From positions 2,490 to 66,489 of the forward strand of contig JAFRIJ010000003.1 of assembly GCA_017432825.1 (NCBI GenBank): DNA of 64,000 bases, in the 5' to 3' direction. This document shows, one piece after another, positions 10,142-19,256 of this stretch. The translations under genes were made by a program, and so were the position numbers. Position 1 is the first letter of the stretch. Each line of letters starts with the position of its first letter. The notes beneath the pieces were generated by a model, which worked only from the letters and a program-made list of their open reading frames with translations, did not search any database and was not told where the DNA came from. This DNA comes from Bacilli bacterium. Its GTDB lineage: Bacteria; Bacillota_I; Bacilli_A; RF39; UBA660.

Positions 10142-10258
10142 ATGAATGCTAAAGATATATGGTTATTATTTATGAAAACTGGAAAAATTGAATATTATTT
10201 AAAATATAAGGAATTGGAAAGATTAGATGATAAAGAAAGTAGAAGGTATTATCGTTAG
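10142..10258 (+). CDS. yqzL: YqzL-family small protein (38 aa)
   Basis: MNAKDIWLLFMKTGKIEYYLKYKELERL matches the YqzL family, which lies between era and recO in Bacillus. It overlaps the recO start by 32 nt and is too short for the ORF track. Confidence 0.55.
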   Translation: MNAKDIWLLFMKTGKIEYYLKYKELERLDDKESRRYYR

Positions 10259-10955
10259 TACTGTTGATTATAAAGAAAGTAGTAAGATTCTTAATGTTTT
10301 TACTAGTGATGATGGTATAATTGGGGTTCTTTCTCGTGGATGTAAAAAGATTAATAGTAAACTAAATGCTTCTTCTAATATGCTTACTTATGGTGTTTTT
10401 TATTTAAATATTAGTAATAAGGGACTTCCTAGTTTAATGGAAGTTGATATTTTAGATAGTTTTAGAGTAATTAGAAAAGACTTGGTTAAGACTAATTTTT
10501 CTATTTATTTGTTAGAATTATGTAGAGAAGTATATAAGAGTGATCATGATAATGAAATATATAAATTACTTATTAATAGTTTATTAAAGATTAATGAGGG
10601 TTATGATGCGAATGTGATTATTGATATTGTGTCTTTAAAGTTACTTGATTATTTAGGAATAAAGCCTATTGTTGATAGATGTGTTAGTTGTGGAAGTAAT
10701 GATTCTATTGTTACTATTTCAAGTTATAAGGGTGGATATTTGTGTAAGAATTGTGTGGGTAATGAACAAATATTTAATGTTAAGACTTTAAAACTTATTA
10801 GGATGTTTTATTATGTTGATATCAGTAAGATTAGTAAGATAGATATAAGTGATAATATTATTAAAGAAATCAATATGTTTATTGATGATTATTATGATAG
10901 ATATTCTGGTTTATATTTAAAGAGTAAAGAAATGTTATATAATATAATAAAATAA
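10227..10955 (+). CDS. recO: DNA repair protein RecO
   Basis: An OB-fold N-terminus and a CVSCGS...CKNC zinc finger. It follows era as in other Firmicutes. Confidence 0.85.
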   Translation: MIKKVEGIIVSTVDYKESSKILNVFTSDDGIIGVLSRGCKKINSKLNASSNMLTYGVFYLNISNKGLPSLMEVDILDSFRVIRKDLVKTNFSIYLLELCREVYKSDHDNEIYKLLINSLLKINEGYDANVIIDIVSLKLLDYLGIKPIVDRCVSCGSNDSIVTISSYKGGYLCKNCVGNEQIFNVKTLKLIRMFYYVDISKISKIDISDNIIKEINMFIDDYYDRYSGLYLKSKEMLYNIIK

Positions 10956-10984
10956 CATAATCTTATTTGTAAGATTATGTTAAC
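10956..10984. terminator. bidirectional terminator, perfect palindrome AACATAATCTTA-TTTG-TAAGATTATGTT
   Basis: A 12-bp perfect inverted repeat between the convergent recO and the minus-strand small ORF. Confidence 0.55.
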
Positions 10985-11183
10985 AAAATAGTACAAAGAA
11001 TATTAGACCTATAAAAATTAAATATTCTATTAATAATATCATTATATTATAAAAACATGGTATAAATAGACTTATTATTAATTGATATAAAATTATTATA
11101 GGTATTACTATTGTGAATGCGATAGCAGCAACTAGTTTAATTCCAATGCAATTTCTTATAAATCTATTAAAGTTGTTTCCCAT
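10980..11183 (-). CDS. hypothetical small membrane protein (67 aa, 2 TM)
   Basis: It occupies an otherwise empty gap, is strongly hydrophobic, and has a terminator at its 3' end. No family was recognised. Confidence 0.3.
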   Translation of the reverse strand: MGNNFNRFIRNCIGIKLVAAIAFTIVIPIIILYQLIISLFIPCFYNIMILLIEYLIFIGLIFFVLFC

Positions 11184-11284
11184 AATATCACCTATAATAT
11201 TTTATGTAATTATTATTTTGGTGTTATTAGTCTTTTGTTTTTGATTGTTTTGGTTTATAATATTAATGATGAAAAGGTGATAGT

Positions 11285-12136
11285 ATGAATAAGAAAAAGA
11301 AAAAAATTAGTTTGGGATATATGATTTTATTATTTGTTATTATATTTATTATATTAATTGTTTTCTTAGCTTATTCTTTTAAAAGTGAGAAGAAACTTAA
11401 TACTTTTGAATCTATTATTAAAGATAGTGTTTTAGAAATTCAAAAGATAGTTTATATTCCTTTTATGGGATTAGATAATATGATTAATGATTATAATAGA
11501 TTAAGAGATGTGTTAAAGGAGAATAAAATTCTTAAATCTAATGTTGATAAAATTGAGTCTACTCAAGCTGAAAATGAAGAATTAAGACAGGAAATAAAGA
11601 AATTAAAAGAGGAATTAAAGATTGAACATGTTTTATCTGATTATGATTATTTGAATGCTACTGTTGTTAATAGAAATTCTATTTCTTGGTATAATGTTTT
11701 AAGTATAGATAAGGGTAGTAATAATGGTGTTGAGGAAGGTATGGTAGTTATTAATTCTTCTGGAGTTATTGGTAAAACTACTAATGTTTCTGCTTTTTCT
11801 TGTGATGTTAGGTTAATTACTACTACAGATACTAATAATAAGATATCTGTTAGTATTGTATCAGGTGATAAGAGATTAACAGGTGTTATTAATAGGTATG
11901 ATTATAAAACGGGATTTTTTGAAGTTGAAGGTATTAGTAATACTGATAAGGTTAGTGTTGGAGATGTTGTTTATACTTCTGGATTAGGTGGCGTTTTTCC
12001 TAGTGGTATTCTAATAGGTAAGGTAAGTGACATTACTACTGATAATTATGATTTAGCTAAGATTATTAAGGTTACTCCTTCTGCAATTTTTGATGATATT
12101 AATTATGTTACTATTTTAAAAAGGAAGGATAAATGA
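11285..12136 (+). CDS. mreC: rod shape-determining protein MreC
   Basis: N-terminal TM, a coiled-coil stretch (ENEELRQEIKKLKEELK), and a beta-rich C-terminal VINSSGVIGKTT... region. Confidence 0.8.
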   Translation: MNKKKKKISLGYMILLFVIIFIILIVFLAYSFKSEKKLNTFESIIKDSVLEIQKIVYIPFMGLDNMINDYNRLRDVLKENKILKSNVDKIESTQAENEELRQEIKKLKEELKIEHVLSDYDYLNATVVNRNSISWYNVLSIDKGSNNGVEEGMVVINSSGVIGKTTNVSAFSCDVRLITTTDTNNKISVSIVSGDKRLTGVINRYDYKTGFFEVEGISNTDKVSVGDVVYTSGLGGVFPSGILIGKVSDITTDNYDLAKIIKVTPSAIFDDINYVTILKRKDK

Positions 12137-12645
12137 TGATAATTTTAAGTATTATAAGTTTAATTTTTTCTTTTTTATTGCAGGGAATTATTACTAATTT
12201 TATTTCTTTTAATGTTAATAGCTTATCTATTTTTAGTTCTGTTTTTGTTCTTGTTAATTTAGTTGTTTTACAAGAATATTTTGAAAGCGATAAGAAATTT
12301 ATTATATTATTTCTTGTTTTTGGATTATTTATGGATATTGTATATAATAGTACTGTTTTAATATCTTGTTTTATATTTTTTGCTGTTTTTTATATTAATA
12401 AGGGTCTTAATTTTTTTCTTCCTTATAATCTTTTAACTGTTAATTTGTTTTCTGTTGTTTCTATGATAGTTTATCATTTTATAACATTTTTATTTTTAAT
12501 TATAATTAGGTATGATGTTTTTCCTTTTGTATATTTGTTTAAGATTATAGGTTGTAATTTGCTTATGACTGTTATTTATACTAGTATAATGTATAGTCTT
12601 ATTAAATATATAGTTAAGAAGTTTGAGTTAAGAGTTGTTAGGTAG
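12133..12645 (+). CDS. mreD: rod shape-determining protein MreD
   Basis: A polytopic small membrane protein, translationally coupled directly downstream of mreC. Confidence 0.65.
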   Translation: MMIILSIISLIFSFLLQGIITNFISFNVNSLSIFSSVFVLVNLVVLQEYFESDKKFIILFLVFGLFMDIVYNSTVLISCFIFFAVFYINKGLNFFLPYNLLTVNLFSVVSMIVYHFITFLFLIIIRYDVFPFVYLFKIIGCNLLMTVIYTSIMYSLIKYIVKKFELRVVR

Positions 12646-12702
12646 TTATATTCTTTACTATTAGTAATATATTTGTTATAATTTTTTGTGGTTGGTGATA
12701 TT

Positions 12703-13275
12703 ATGAATTATATTAATAGAAATCCTTTAATTATTTGTATTTGTGGTAAAGCAGGTTCTGGTAAGAGTACTGTTGGTGATTACTTTTTTAATTTATTTAA
12801 TGAATATGGAAGTAAGGTAATAGTTTCTCCTTATACAAAATATTTGAAAAAATATATTAGTGATATTACTGGTAATATAGTTGATAATAATTATAAACCA
12901 CGTGATTTGTTACAAAATTTAAGTAATGAGCTTATTAAAAATATTATGCATGATAAAGATTTTTTTGTTAGAAGAGAAATAGAAGATATTAATTTTTATT
13001 CTTATTTTTTTGATGTTATTATTATTGATGATGTTAGATTTCCTAGGGAAATTGAGATACTAAAAGAAAAATTTTCTAATGTTATTTCTGTTGGTATTTA
13101 TAGAAATAATTATGATAATAATTTGACATTAAAGCAGAAGAATGATATTACAGAAACTTCTTTAGATAATTATAATAAATATGATTATATTATTAATAAT
13201 GATAATATTAATGAATTAAAAAATAGAGTTAAAGATATTGTTTTAGATATTAAAAGGAGTGAAAATAATGGGTAA
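12703..13275 (+). CDS. P-loop nucleoside/nucleotide kinase-like protein (dNMP-kinase-like fold)
   Basis: Walker A CGKAGSGKST. IIIDDVRFPREIE resembles the DxR..E region of T4-type dNMP kinases. It overlaps the cmk start and has a TGTTATAAT -10 at 12674. Confidence 0.45.
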   Translation: MNYINRNPLIICICGKAGSGKSTVGDYFFNLFNEYGSKVIVSPYTKYLKKYISDITGNIVDNNYKPRDLLQNLSNELIKNIMHDKDFFVRREIEDINFYSYFFDVIIIDDVRFPREIEILKEKFSNVISVGIYRNNYDNNLTLKQKNDITETSLDNYNKYDYIINNDNINELKNRVKDIVLDIKRSENNG

Positions 13276-13918
13276 AGTTATTGCTATAGATGGTCCTGCT
13301 GGTGCTGGTAAGGGGACTTTAGCTAAGGAATTAGCTAAAAAGTTAGGCTATGTTAATATTGATACTGGAGCAACTTATAGATGTGTTGCTTTAGAGGTAT
13401 TAAGAAAGGGTATATCTATAGATGATACTTCTAAGATTATTGATATTTCTTCTAATATTAAAATTGATTTATTAGAAGATGGTACTGTATTATTAAATGG
13501 AGAAGATGTTACTAAGGATATTAGAAGTAAAGATGTTACTAATATTGTTTCACCAATATCTTCTATTGTTAAGGTTAGGGAAAATATGGTTAATATTCAA
13601 CGTAATATTGCTTTAGATAAAGATGTTGTTATGGAGGGTAGAGATATTACTACTGTGGTATTTCCTAATGCTCAATATAAGTTTTATTTGGATGCTTCTA
13701 TAGATGAGAGAGCTAGAAGAAGATTTGAAGAGAATAAAGAAAAGGGTATTAATATGACTTATGAAGAAGTTTATAATAATATTAAGGATAGAGATTATAA
13801 TGATATGCATAAGGAAGTTGGGGCTTTAACAAGAACTGATGAACAAGTATATATTGATTGTACTAATATGACTGTTGAAGAAGAAATTGAAATTATTTTG
13901 AAAGAGATAAATAAATAA
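13268..13918 (+). CDS. cmk: cytidylate kinase
   Basis: IAIDGPAGAGKGTLAKELAKKLGYVNIDTGATYR is the canonical CMP kinase N-terminus. Confidence 0.9.
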   Translation: MGKVIAIDGPAGAGKGTLAKELAKKLGYVNIDTGATYRCVALEVLRKGISIDDTSKIIDISSNIKIDLLEDGTVLLNGEDVTKDIRSKDVTNIVSPISSIVKVRENMVNIQRNIALDKDVVMEGRDITTVVFPNAQYKFYLDASIDERARRRFEENKEKGINMTYEEVYNNIKDRDYNDMHKEVGALTRTDEQVYIDCTNMTVEEEIEIILKEINK

Positions 13919-13931
13919 TTGGAGTGATAAT

Positions 13932-16622
13932 ATGAAAAAAATGACTGGCGAAGAGATTATTAATACTTATATTAATTTTTTTGTAGAAAGAGGGCATTTG
14001 AAATTAGAAAGTGCTTCTTTAATACCTAAAGATGATCCTAGTATTTTATGGATTAATGCAGGAGTTACTCCTTTAAAAAAATATTTTGATGGTAGTGAAG
14101 TTCCTGTTTGTAGAAGACTAACTAGTGTTCAAAAGTGTATTAGAACTGGTGATATTGAGAGTGTTGGTATTACGGCTAGACATCATACTTTTTTCCAAAT
14201 GTTAGGTAATTTTTCTATTGGAGATTATTTTAAAACAGAAGCTTTAACTTGGGCTTATGAATTATTAACTTCTCCTAAGTATTTTGGCTTTCCAAAAGAA
14301 AAATTATATGTTACTGTTTATACTAATGATGATGAGGCTTATAATTTATGGATTAAGTTAGGAATAGATAGTTCTCATATTGTTAAATTAGAGAGTAACT
14401 ATTGGGAGATAGGTGAAGGTCCAAGTGGTCCTGATAGTGAAATATTTTTTGATAGAGGAGAGAAGTACGATAAAGATAAACAGGGAATAAAGTTGTTAGA
14501 GAATGAAATAGAAAATGATAGATATATAGAAATTTGGAATAATGTATTTAGTCAATTTAATGCTAAAGAGGGTATTCCAAGAACTGAATATGAAGAGTTA
14601 CCTAGTAAAAATATAGATACTGGTATGGGCGTAGAACGTATGGCTTGTATTTTACAAGGGACAGAAACTAATTATGAAACTGATTTATTTATGCCTATTA
14701 TAAAGAAATTGGAAGAAATTAGTAGTATTTCTTATGTTGGTCAAAAGGAATTTAAAGTTATTGTAGATCATGTTAGAAGTCTTACTTTTGCTTTATCTGA
14801 TGGAGCTACTTTTGAAAATTATGGTAGGGGATATGTACTTAGAAGGCTTCTTAGAAGGTCTGTAATGATGGGAAGAAAATTAAATATTAATCATTCTTTT
14901 ATGTCTTTATTAGTTGATGTAGTTATTTCAAAATATGGTAATATATACCCTGATATTGTTTCTAATAAAGATATTATTAAGGAATTAATTTTAAAAGAAG
15001 AAGAGTTATTTGAAAAGACTTTAATTTCTGGAGAAAAGAGATTAGAGGAATTATTAAGTAGTAATGATAAAATTATAAGTGGTAAGGATGCTTTTAAGTT
15101 ATATGATACTTATGGTTTTCCTATTGAACTTACTATTGAATATGCTTCTGAACATGGAGTTTCTGTTGATAGAGATAGTTTTGATAAATATATGAATATG
15201 CAAAAAGAAATGGCTAGAAAAAATAGAAAAAATGTTAATAGTATGAATTTACAGAATGAGTTACTTCTTAATTATAAAAAGGAAAGTATTTTTGTTGGAT
15301 ATGAAACATTAGGGAATAAGACTATAGTGATGGATATTATTAAGGATGATTCTTTTGTTGATAGTACAAGTGATTATGGTTATATATTTATTAAGGATAA
15401 TCCTTTCTATGCTGAATCTGGTGGTCAAATATATGATACAGGTTATATAAAAAATGATGATTGTAAGGTTGAGGTTTTAGATGTTATTAAAGCACCTAAT
15501 GGACAGCATTTATTACATATTAATGTGTTGGAAGGTACTTTATTTAAAGATAGTGAGGTTCTTACTCATGTATTAGGCGATAGACGTTCTGAGATTGCTA
15601 AGAATCATAGTTCTACTCATTTACTTCAAAAGACATTACAGGATTTGCTTGGTGATAATGTTCATCAGGCTGGTAGTAGGGTTGATGATAAGAGTTTTAG
15701 GTTTGATTTTACTTATCATGGTAGAATTAATGATGATATGATTAAGGCTTTAGAAGAAAATGTTAATAAAAGAGTAAAGGCTTCTTACGAAACTAAAATT
15801 GAGTTTTTATCTTTAGCAGAGGCTAAGGAACGTGGAGCTATGGCATTGTTTTCTGAAAAATATGGTGATGTTGTTAGAATGGTAACTATGGGAGATTCTA
15901 TTGAATTGTGTGCAGGGACTCATGTTAAAAATACTAAGGATATTGGTAAAATTGCTATTATAGGTTTGGAGAATAAGGGTGCTGATACATATAGAATTGA
16001 AGGAGCAACAACTAATAATATAGATTCTATGTTACATAATGCTGTTAAGCCTTATTATGATGAAATATTAAAATTATTAAATAAAGCTAAGGGAATTATA
16101 AATGATGCTAAAGATATTGATATAGATTTGAAGTTTGATTTTGATTTAGAAGATCGTGTTTTGAGTAGTTATAGTGATATTATTTTTTATAAGAATTATT
16201 TGAATGAATTAAAAGATAGAATAAAAATATTAGAAAAAGATTTTAAGAATGCTAAGATTAATAAATCTATTAGTGATTTATCTGCTTTTACTGCTAATAT
16301 GGAAGAGATAAATAATATTAAGACTTGTATTATTATTTTAAATGATTATGAAATTGATGTTATTAAACAAATAGCAGATAATATATGTAATATGTTTGAT
16401 AATTGTTTTGTATTACTTGCTAATGTTAATGATAATAATGTTAATATTATTGCTAAAAGTAATTGTGATTTAATTAATTGTGGTGCTATTGTTAAGGAAC
16501 TTTCTATTAAATGTTCTGGTAATGGTGGAGGTAGTAAATCTTTTGCTCAGGGTGGTGGAAGTGACGCTATGGATATTTCTAAGTATTTAGATGAGGTTAA
16601 GAAAAAATTGTTGGAGTTGTAA
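13932..16622 (+). CDS. alaS: alanine--tRNA ligase
   Basis: FFQMLGNFSIGDYFK, the HSSTHLL/CAGTHV editing-domain motifs, and a C-terminal DHHA1-like GGGS region. Confidence 0.95.
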   Translation: MKKMTGEEIINTYINFFVERGHLKLESASLIPKDDPSILWINAGVTPLKKYFDGSEVPVCRRLTSVQKCIRTGDIESVGITARHHTFFQMLGNFSIGDYFKTEALTWAYELLTSPKYFGFPKEKLYVTVYTNDDEAYNLWIKLGIDSSHIVKLESNYWEIGEGPSGPDSEIFFDRGEKYDKDKQGIKLLENEIENDRYIEIWNNVFSQFNAKEGIPRTEYEELPSKNIDTGMGVERMACILQGTETNYETDLFMPIIKKLEEISSISYVGQKEFKVIVDHVRSLTFALSDGATFENYGRGYVLRRLLRRSVMMGRKLNINHSFMSLLVDVVISKYGNIYPDIVSNKDIIKELILKEEELFEKTLISGEKRLEELLSSNDKIISGKDAFKLYDTYGFPIELTIEYASEHGVSVDRDSFDKYMNMQKEMARKNRKNVNSMNLQNELLLNYKKESIFVGYETLGNKTIVMDIIKDDSFVDSTSDYGYIFIKDNPFYAESGGQIYDTGYIKNDDCKVEVLDVIKAPNGQHLLHINVLEGTLFKDSEVLTHVLGDRRSEIAKNHSSTHLLQKTLQDLLGDNVHQAGSRVDDKSFRFDFTYHGRINDDMIKALEENVNKRVKASYETKIEFLSLAEAKERGAMALFSEKYGDVVRMVTMGDSIELCAGTHVKNTKDIGKIAIIGLENKGADTYRIEGATTNNIDSMLHNAVKPYYDEILKLLNKAKGIINDAKDIDIDLKFDFDLEDRVLSSYSDIIFYKNYLNELKDRIKILEKDFKNAKINKSISDLSAFTANMEEINNIKTCIIILNDYEIDVIKQIADNICNMFDNCFVLLANVNDNNVNIIAKSNCDLINCGAIVKELSIKCSGNGGGSKSFAQGGGSDAMDISKYLDEVKKKLLEL

Positions 16623-16623
16623 T

Positions 16624-17091
16624 ATGAAAAAGAAATATTTGTTGTTATTAGTTTTGTTATTATTTCTTTTTGGTTGTGATAATTGGGAAGAAGATGTTAA
16701 GAATGATTATTTATCTATGAAGAGTGATTTGATTAAAGAAACATCTTTTTCTTCTTTAGAGGAAATTAATTGTGATGTATCGGTATTTATTGATAGAATT
16801 GATGAGGAAAAAGTATCATATGAAATGATTGTTGAAAATCCTTCTATTAATATGAATAATATTAAAGCTATTTTAATTCACAATTATTATACGGAACAAT
16901 TATTTCCTAGTGTAGGTATTTTTGATGATCCTGTTGATTTAATAGTTAATAGTGGTAATAAAATAACTCTTAAGGGAGAAATTGAAACTGATAACGATAT
17001 AGATAGTTTAAATTTAGTATTAAAATTATATATAAGATACGTTGATGATAATGGTAATGAAAAAGATATTTATTATAAAGCGACAAAATAA
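16624..17091 (+). CDS. lipoprotein, function unknown
   Basis: Signal peptide with lipobox LLFLFGC. Confidence 0.55.
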   Translation: MKKKYLLLLVLLLFLFGCDNWEEDVKNDYLSMKSDLIKETSFSSLEEINCDVSVFIDRIDEEKVSYEMIVENPSINMNNIKAILIHNYYTEQLFPSVGIFDDPVDLIVNSGNKITLKGEIETDNDIDSLNLVLKLYIRYVDDNGNEKDIYYKATK

Positions 17092-17127
17092 ATATCTTTT
17101 TTTGTTTATTATTATTATGGTGATAAT

Positions 17128-17304
17128 ATGAAAGTAAAGTTATTTGATGAATCACATGAGAGTGATTTGGAAGATGATATTAATAAATTTATTAAGGATG
17201 AGGAACCTGAAATAATTGATATTAAGTTTAGCGTTTCTAATAGTGTTTATTCTGAAGAACAATTATATTGTTTTTCTGCTATGATAATATATAATGAAAA
17301 CTAA
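17128..17304 (+). CDS. sporulation protein Cse60-family (58 aa)
   Basis: MKVKLFDESHESDLEDDINKFIKDEE...QLYCFSAMIIYN matches the Cse60/YteV pattern (KLFDEEHEKDLE...YCFSA). It is not in the ORF track because it is under 60 aa. Confidence 0.55.
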   Translation: MKVKLFDESHESDLEDDINKFIKDEEPEIIDIKFSVSNSVYSEEQLYCFSAMIIYNEN

Positions 17305-17330
17305 AAAATCACTAATTAATTAGTGATCTA
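17305..17330. terminator. bidirectional terminator, palindrome ATCACTAATTAATTAGTGAT
   Basis: A perfect 20-nt palindrome between the convergent Cse60-like gene (+) and DUF378 gene (-). Confidence 0.6.
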
Positions 17331-17517
17331 AATCTTTAGTTAATATTCCTAATTGAATTATTCCAGATATTGCTACTAAAATATATACTAATCTTGTTAT
17401 TAGTGTTCCATTTCCAAATAGAAATTCTACTAAATTGAAATCAAATATTCCTACTAAACCCCAATTTATACATCCTACTGTGGCTAAAACAAGACATGTT
17501 TTATATAATATATTCAT
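17320..17517 (-). CDS. DUF378-family small membrane protein
   Basis: GCINWGLVGIFDFNLVEFLFG is the DUF378 hallmark. A strong RBS AAAGGAGGAAAA lies upstream. Confidence 0.65.
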   Translation of the reverse strand: MNILYKTCLVLATVGCINWGLVGIFDFNLVEFLFGNGTLITRLVYILVAISGIIQLGILTKDLDH

Positions 17518-17617
17518 TATTTTTCCTCCTTTATCTATTTATACTTTATCCAAATTTTGATAAATTATTCATAAACTTAAAATATTTATATATAATTTAT
17601 TGAAGGAGATAAGTGAT

Positions 17618-18667
17618 ATGAAAAAATTTATTTTTTATGTTGGTTTTATTTTTCTTTTTTCTTTTTTCTTAATTGGTTGCGGAACAGATAATTCTAAAGA
17701 TATTTTAAAAAAATTAAATAGTAAATTTAATAATGCTAATAGTTATTATGTTAATGGAGTTATGGAAATATTTAATAATGAAGATACTTATACATATAAT
17801 GTTGATGTTTCCTATAAAAAAGATAATTATTATAAGGTTTCTCTTGTTAATACTTTGAATAATCATGAACAGGTAATTCTGAGAAATGATAATGGTGTTT
17901 ATGTTGTTACTCCTTCTTTAAATAAGAGTTTTAAATTTCAAAGTGATTGGCCATATAATAATTCACAAATTTATTTATTAAATTCTATTATTGATGATTT
18001 GTCTTCTGATGATAAACTTTTATTTAAGAATGATAATAAGGGTTATGTTTTTACTTCTTCAGTTAATTATCCTAATAATAAATCGTTAATGAAACAAAAT
18101 GTATATGTTGATGATAAATTAAATATTAATAAAGTAGAAGTAACTGATAAGAATAATAAAGTTCAAATATCTATGAAATTTGATAAGGTTAAATTAAATA
18201 AAGATTTTGATAAAGATTATTTTGAATTATCTAATTTAATTAAAATTAATAATAATACTGATGGTAAAGAGAAAGAGAAAAATGATAATAATTCTGAAGA
18301 TGAAAAAACTACTAAGGAGACTGCTACTATTAAGGATGTAATATATCCAATGTATTTACCAAGTAATACTTCTTTAGCTAATAAAGAAATTATTGATACT
18401 GATGATGGTCAAAGACTAATCCTTACTTTTGATGGTGATAATCCTTTTGTATTAATTGAAGAAACTGTTAGTTATCAAAAAGATGGTTTAGTTATTCCTG
18501 TTAATGGTGATTTGGATTTTCTTACTGATGTTATTGGAGTTGTTAGTGATAATTCTTTGACTTGGGAAAGTAATGGAACATCTTATTATTTAGTTAGTGA
18601 TACTATGGAAACTTCTGAGTTAATTGATATAGCTAAATCTATTAGTGTTCTTCCTGTATCGAAGTAA
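17618..18667 (+). CDS. lipoprotein with LolA/RseB-like beta-sandwich region (DUF4367-like), function unknown
   Basis: Lipobox FFLIGCGTDNS with RBS AAGGAG 9 nt upstream. The family call is tentative. Confidence 0.45.
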   Translation: MKKFIFYVGFIFLFSFFLIGCGTDNSKDILKKLNSKFNNANSYYVNGVMEIFNNEDTYTYNVDVSYKKDNYYKVSLVNTLNNHEQVILRNDNGVYVVTPSLNKSFKFQSDWPYNNSQIYLLNSIIDDLSSDDKLLFKNDNKGYVFTSSVNYPNNKSLMKQNVYVDDKLNINKVEVTDKNNKVQISMKFDKVKLNKDFDKDYFELSNLIKINNNTDGKEKEKNDNNSEDEKTTKETATIKDVIYPMYLPSNTSLANKEIIDTDDGQRLILTFDGDNPFVLIEETVSYQKDGLVIPVNGDLDFLTDVIGVVSDNSLTWESNGTSYYLVSDTMETSELIDIAKSISVLPVSK

Positions 18668-18671
18668 TAAA

Positions 18672-18700
18672 AGATAATATTATTGTTATCTTTTTTTATT
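18672..18700 (+). terminator. intrinsic terminator AAGATAA-N8-TTATCTT + T7
   Basis: Hairpin plus T-tract after the stop. Confidence 0.5.
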
Positions 18701-18761
18701 TTATTTATACTTGTAAATTATTTTTTTTGGTGATATACTATTAATATAGGAGGAGAGTAAT

Positions 18762-19193
18762 ATGGGGAATGAAGTTAATAATAAGGAGAAATTAAGTATT
18801 CCTGTAATGATTTTTTCTATTGTTGGTATAGTTTTAATTGTTTTGGGATTTATGTTATGTAAAAATAATAATTTTAGATTGCAAGTTATTAGTTCTGATG
18901 GTATTGTGTCTGGTATACAGACTTCTACTGATGCTGATGGGAATATAGTTAATAAGGTTATTACTATTAATTATAGAGCTGGTAAAAGTGATTATTCTGC
19001 AACTCTTAATGGTACTAATTTAGATTTAAAAATGGGAGATAGATATACTTTATATTATGATTTTTTTGAACCTTCTAGTGTTAGTGACAGGAGATCTGGA
19101 TACTATGGTTATATTGCATTTATTTTAGGATTAATTATGGTGTTAAAGAATTTTCCAAGATTTGTTAGAATTGTTAAAGATAATTATTTATGA
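18762..19193 (+). CDS. DUF3592-like membrane protein (TM - beta domain - TM)
   Basis: The topology and the GDRYTLYYD motif resemble DUF3592. Confidence 0.4.
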   Translation: MGNEVNNKEKLSIPVMIFSIVGIVLIVLGFMLCKNNNFRLQVISSDGIVSGIQTSTDADGNIVNKVITINYRAGKSDYSATLNGTNLDLKMGDRYTLYYDFFEPSSVSDRRSGYYGYIAFILGLIMVLKNFPRFVRIVKDNYL

Positions 19194-19216
19194 GCTTTTA
19201 GCTCTTTTTTTTTCTT
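19194..19216 (+). terminator. intrinsic terminator GAGCTTTTAGCTC + T9
   Basis: Stem-loop followed by a T9 run. Confidence 0.6.
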
Positions 19217-19256
19217 TTATTTTTTAGTATAATTATAGTGTTTTGAGAGGTGTATT

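Noticed and set aside
13613-13810. 65-aa minus-strand ORF inside cmk
   Set aside because: It is antisense within a well-supported CDS, is Ile/Ser-rich, and has no RBS.
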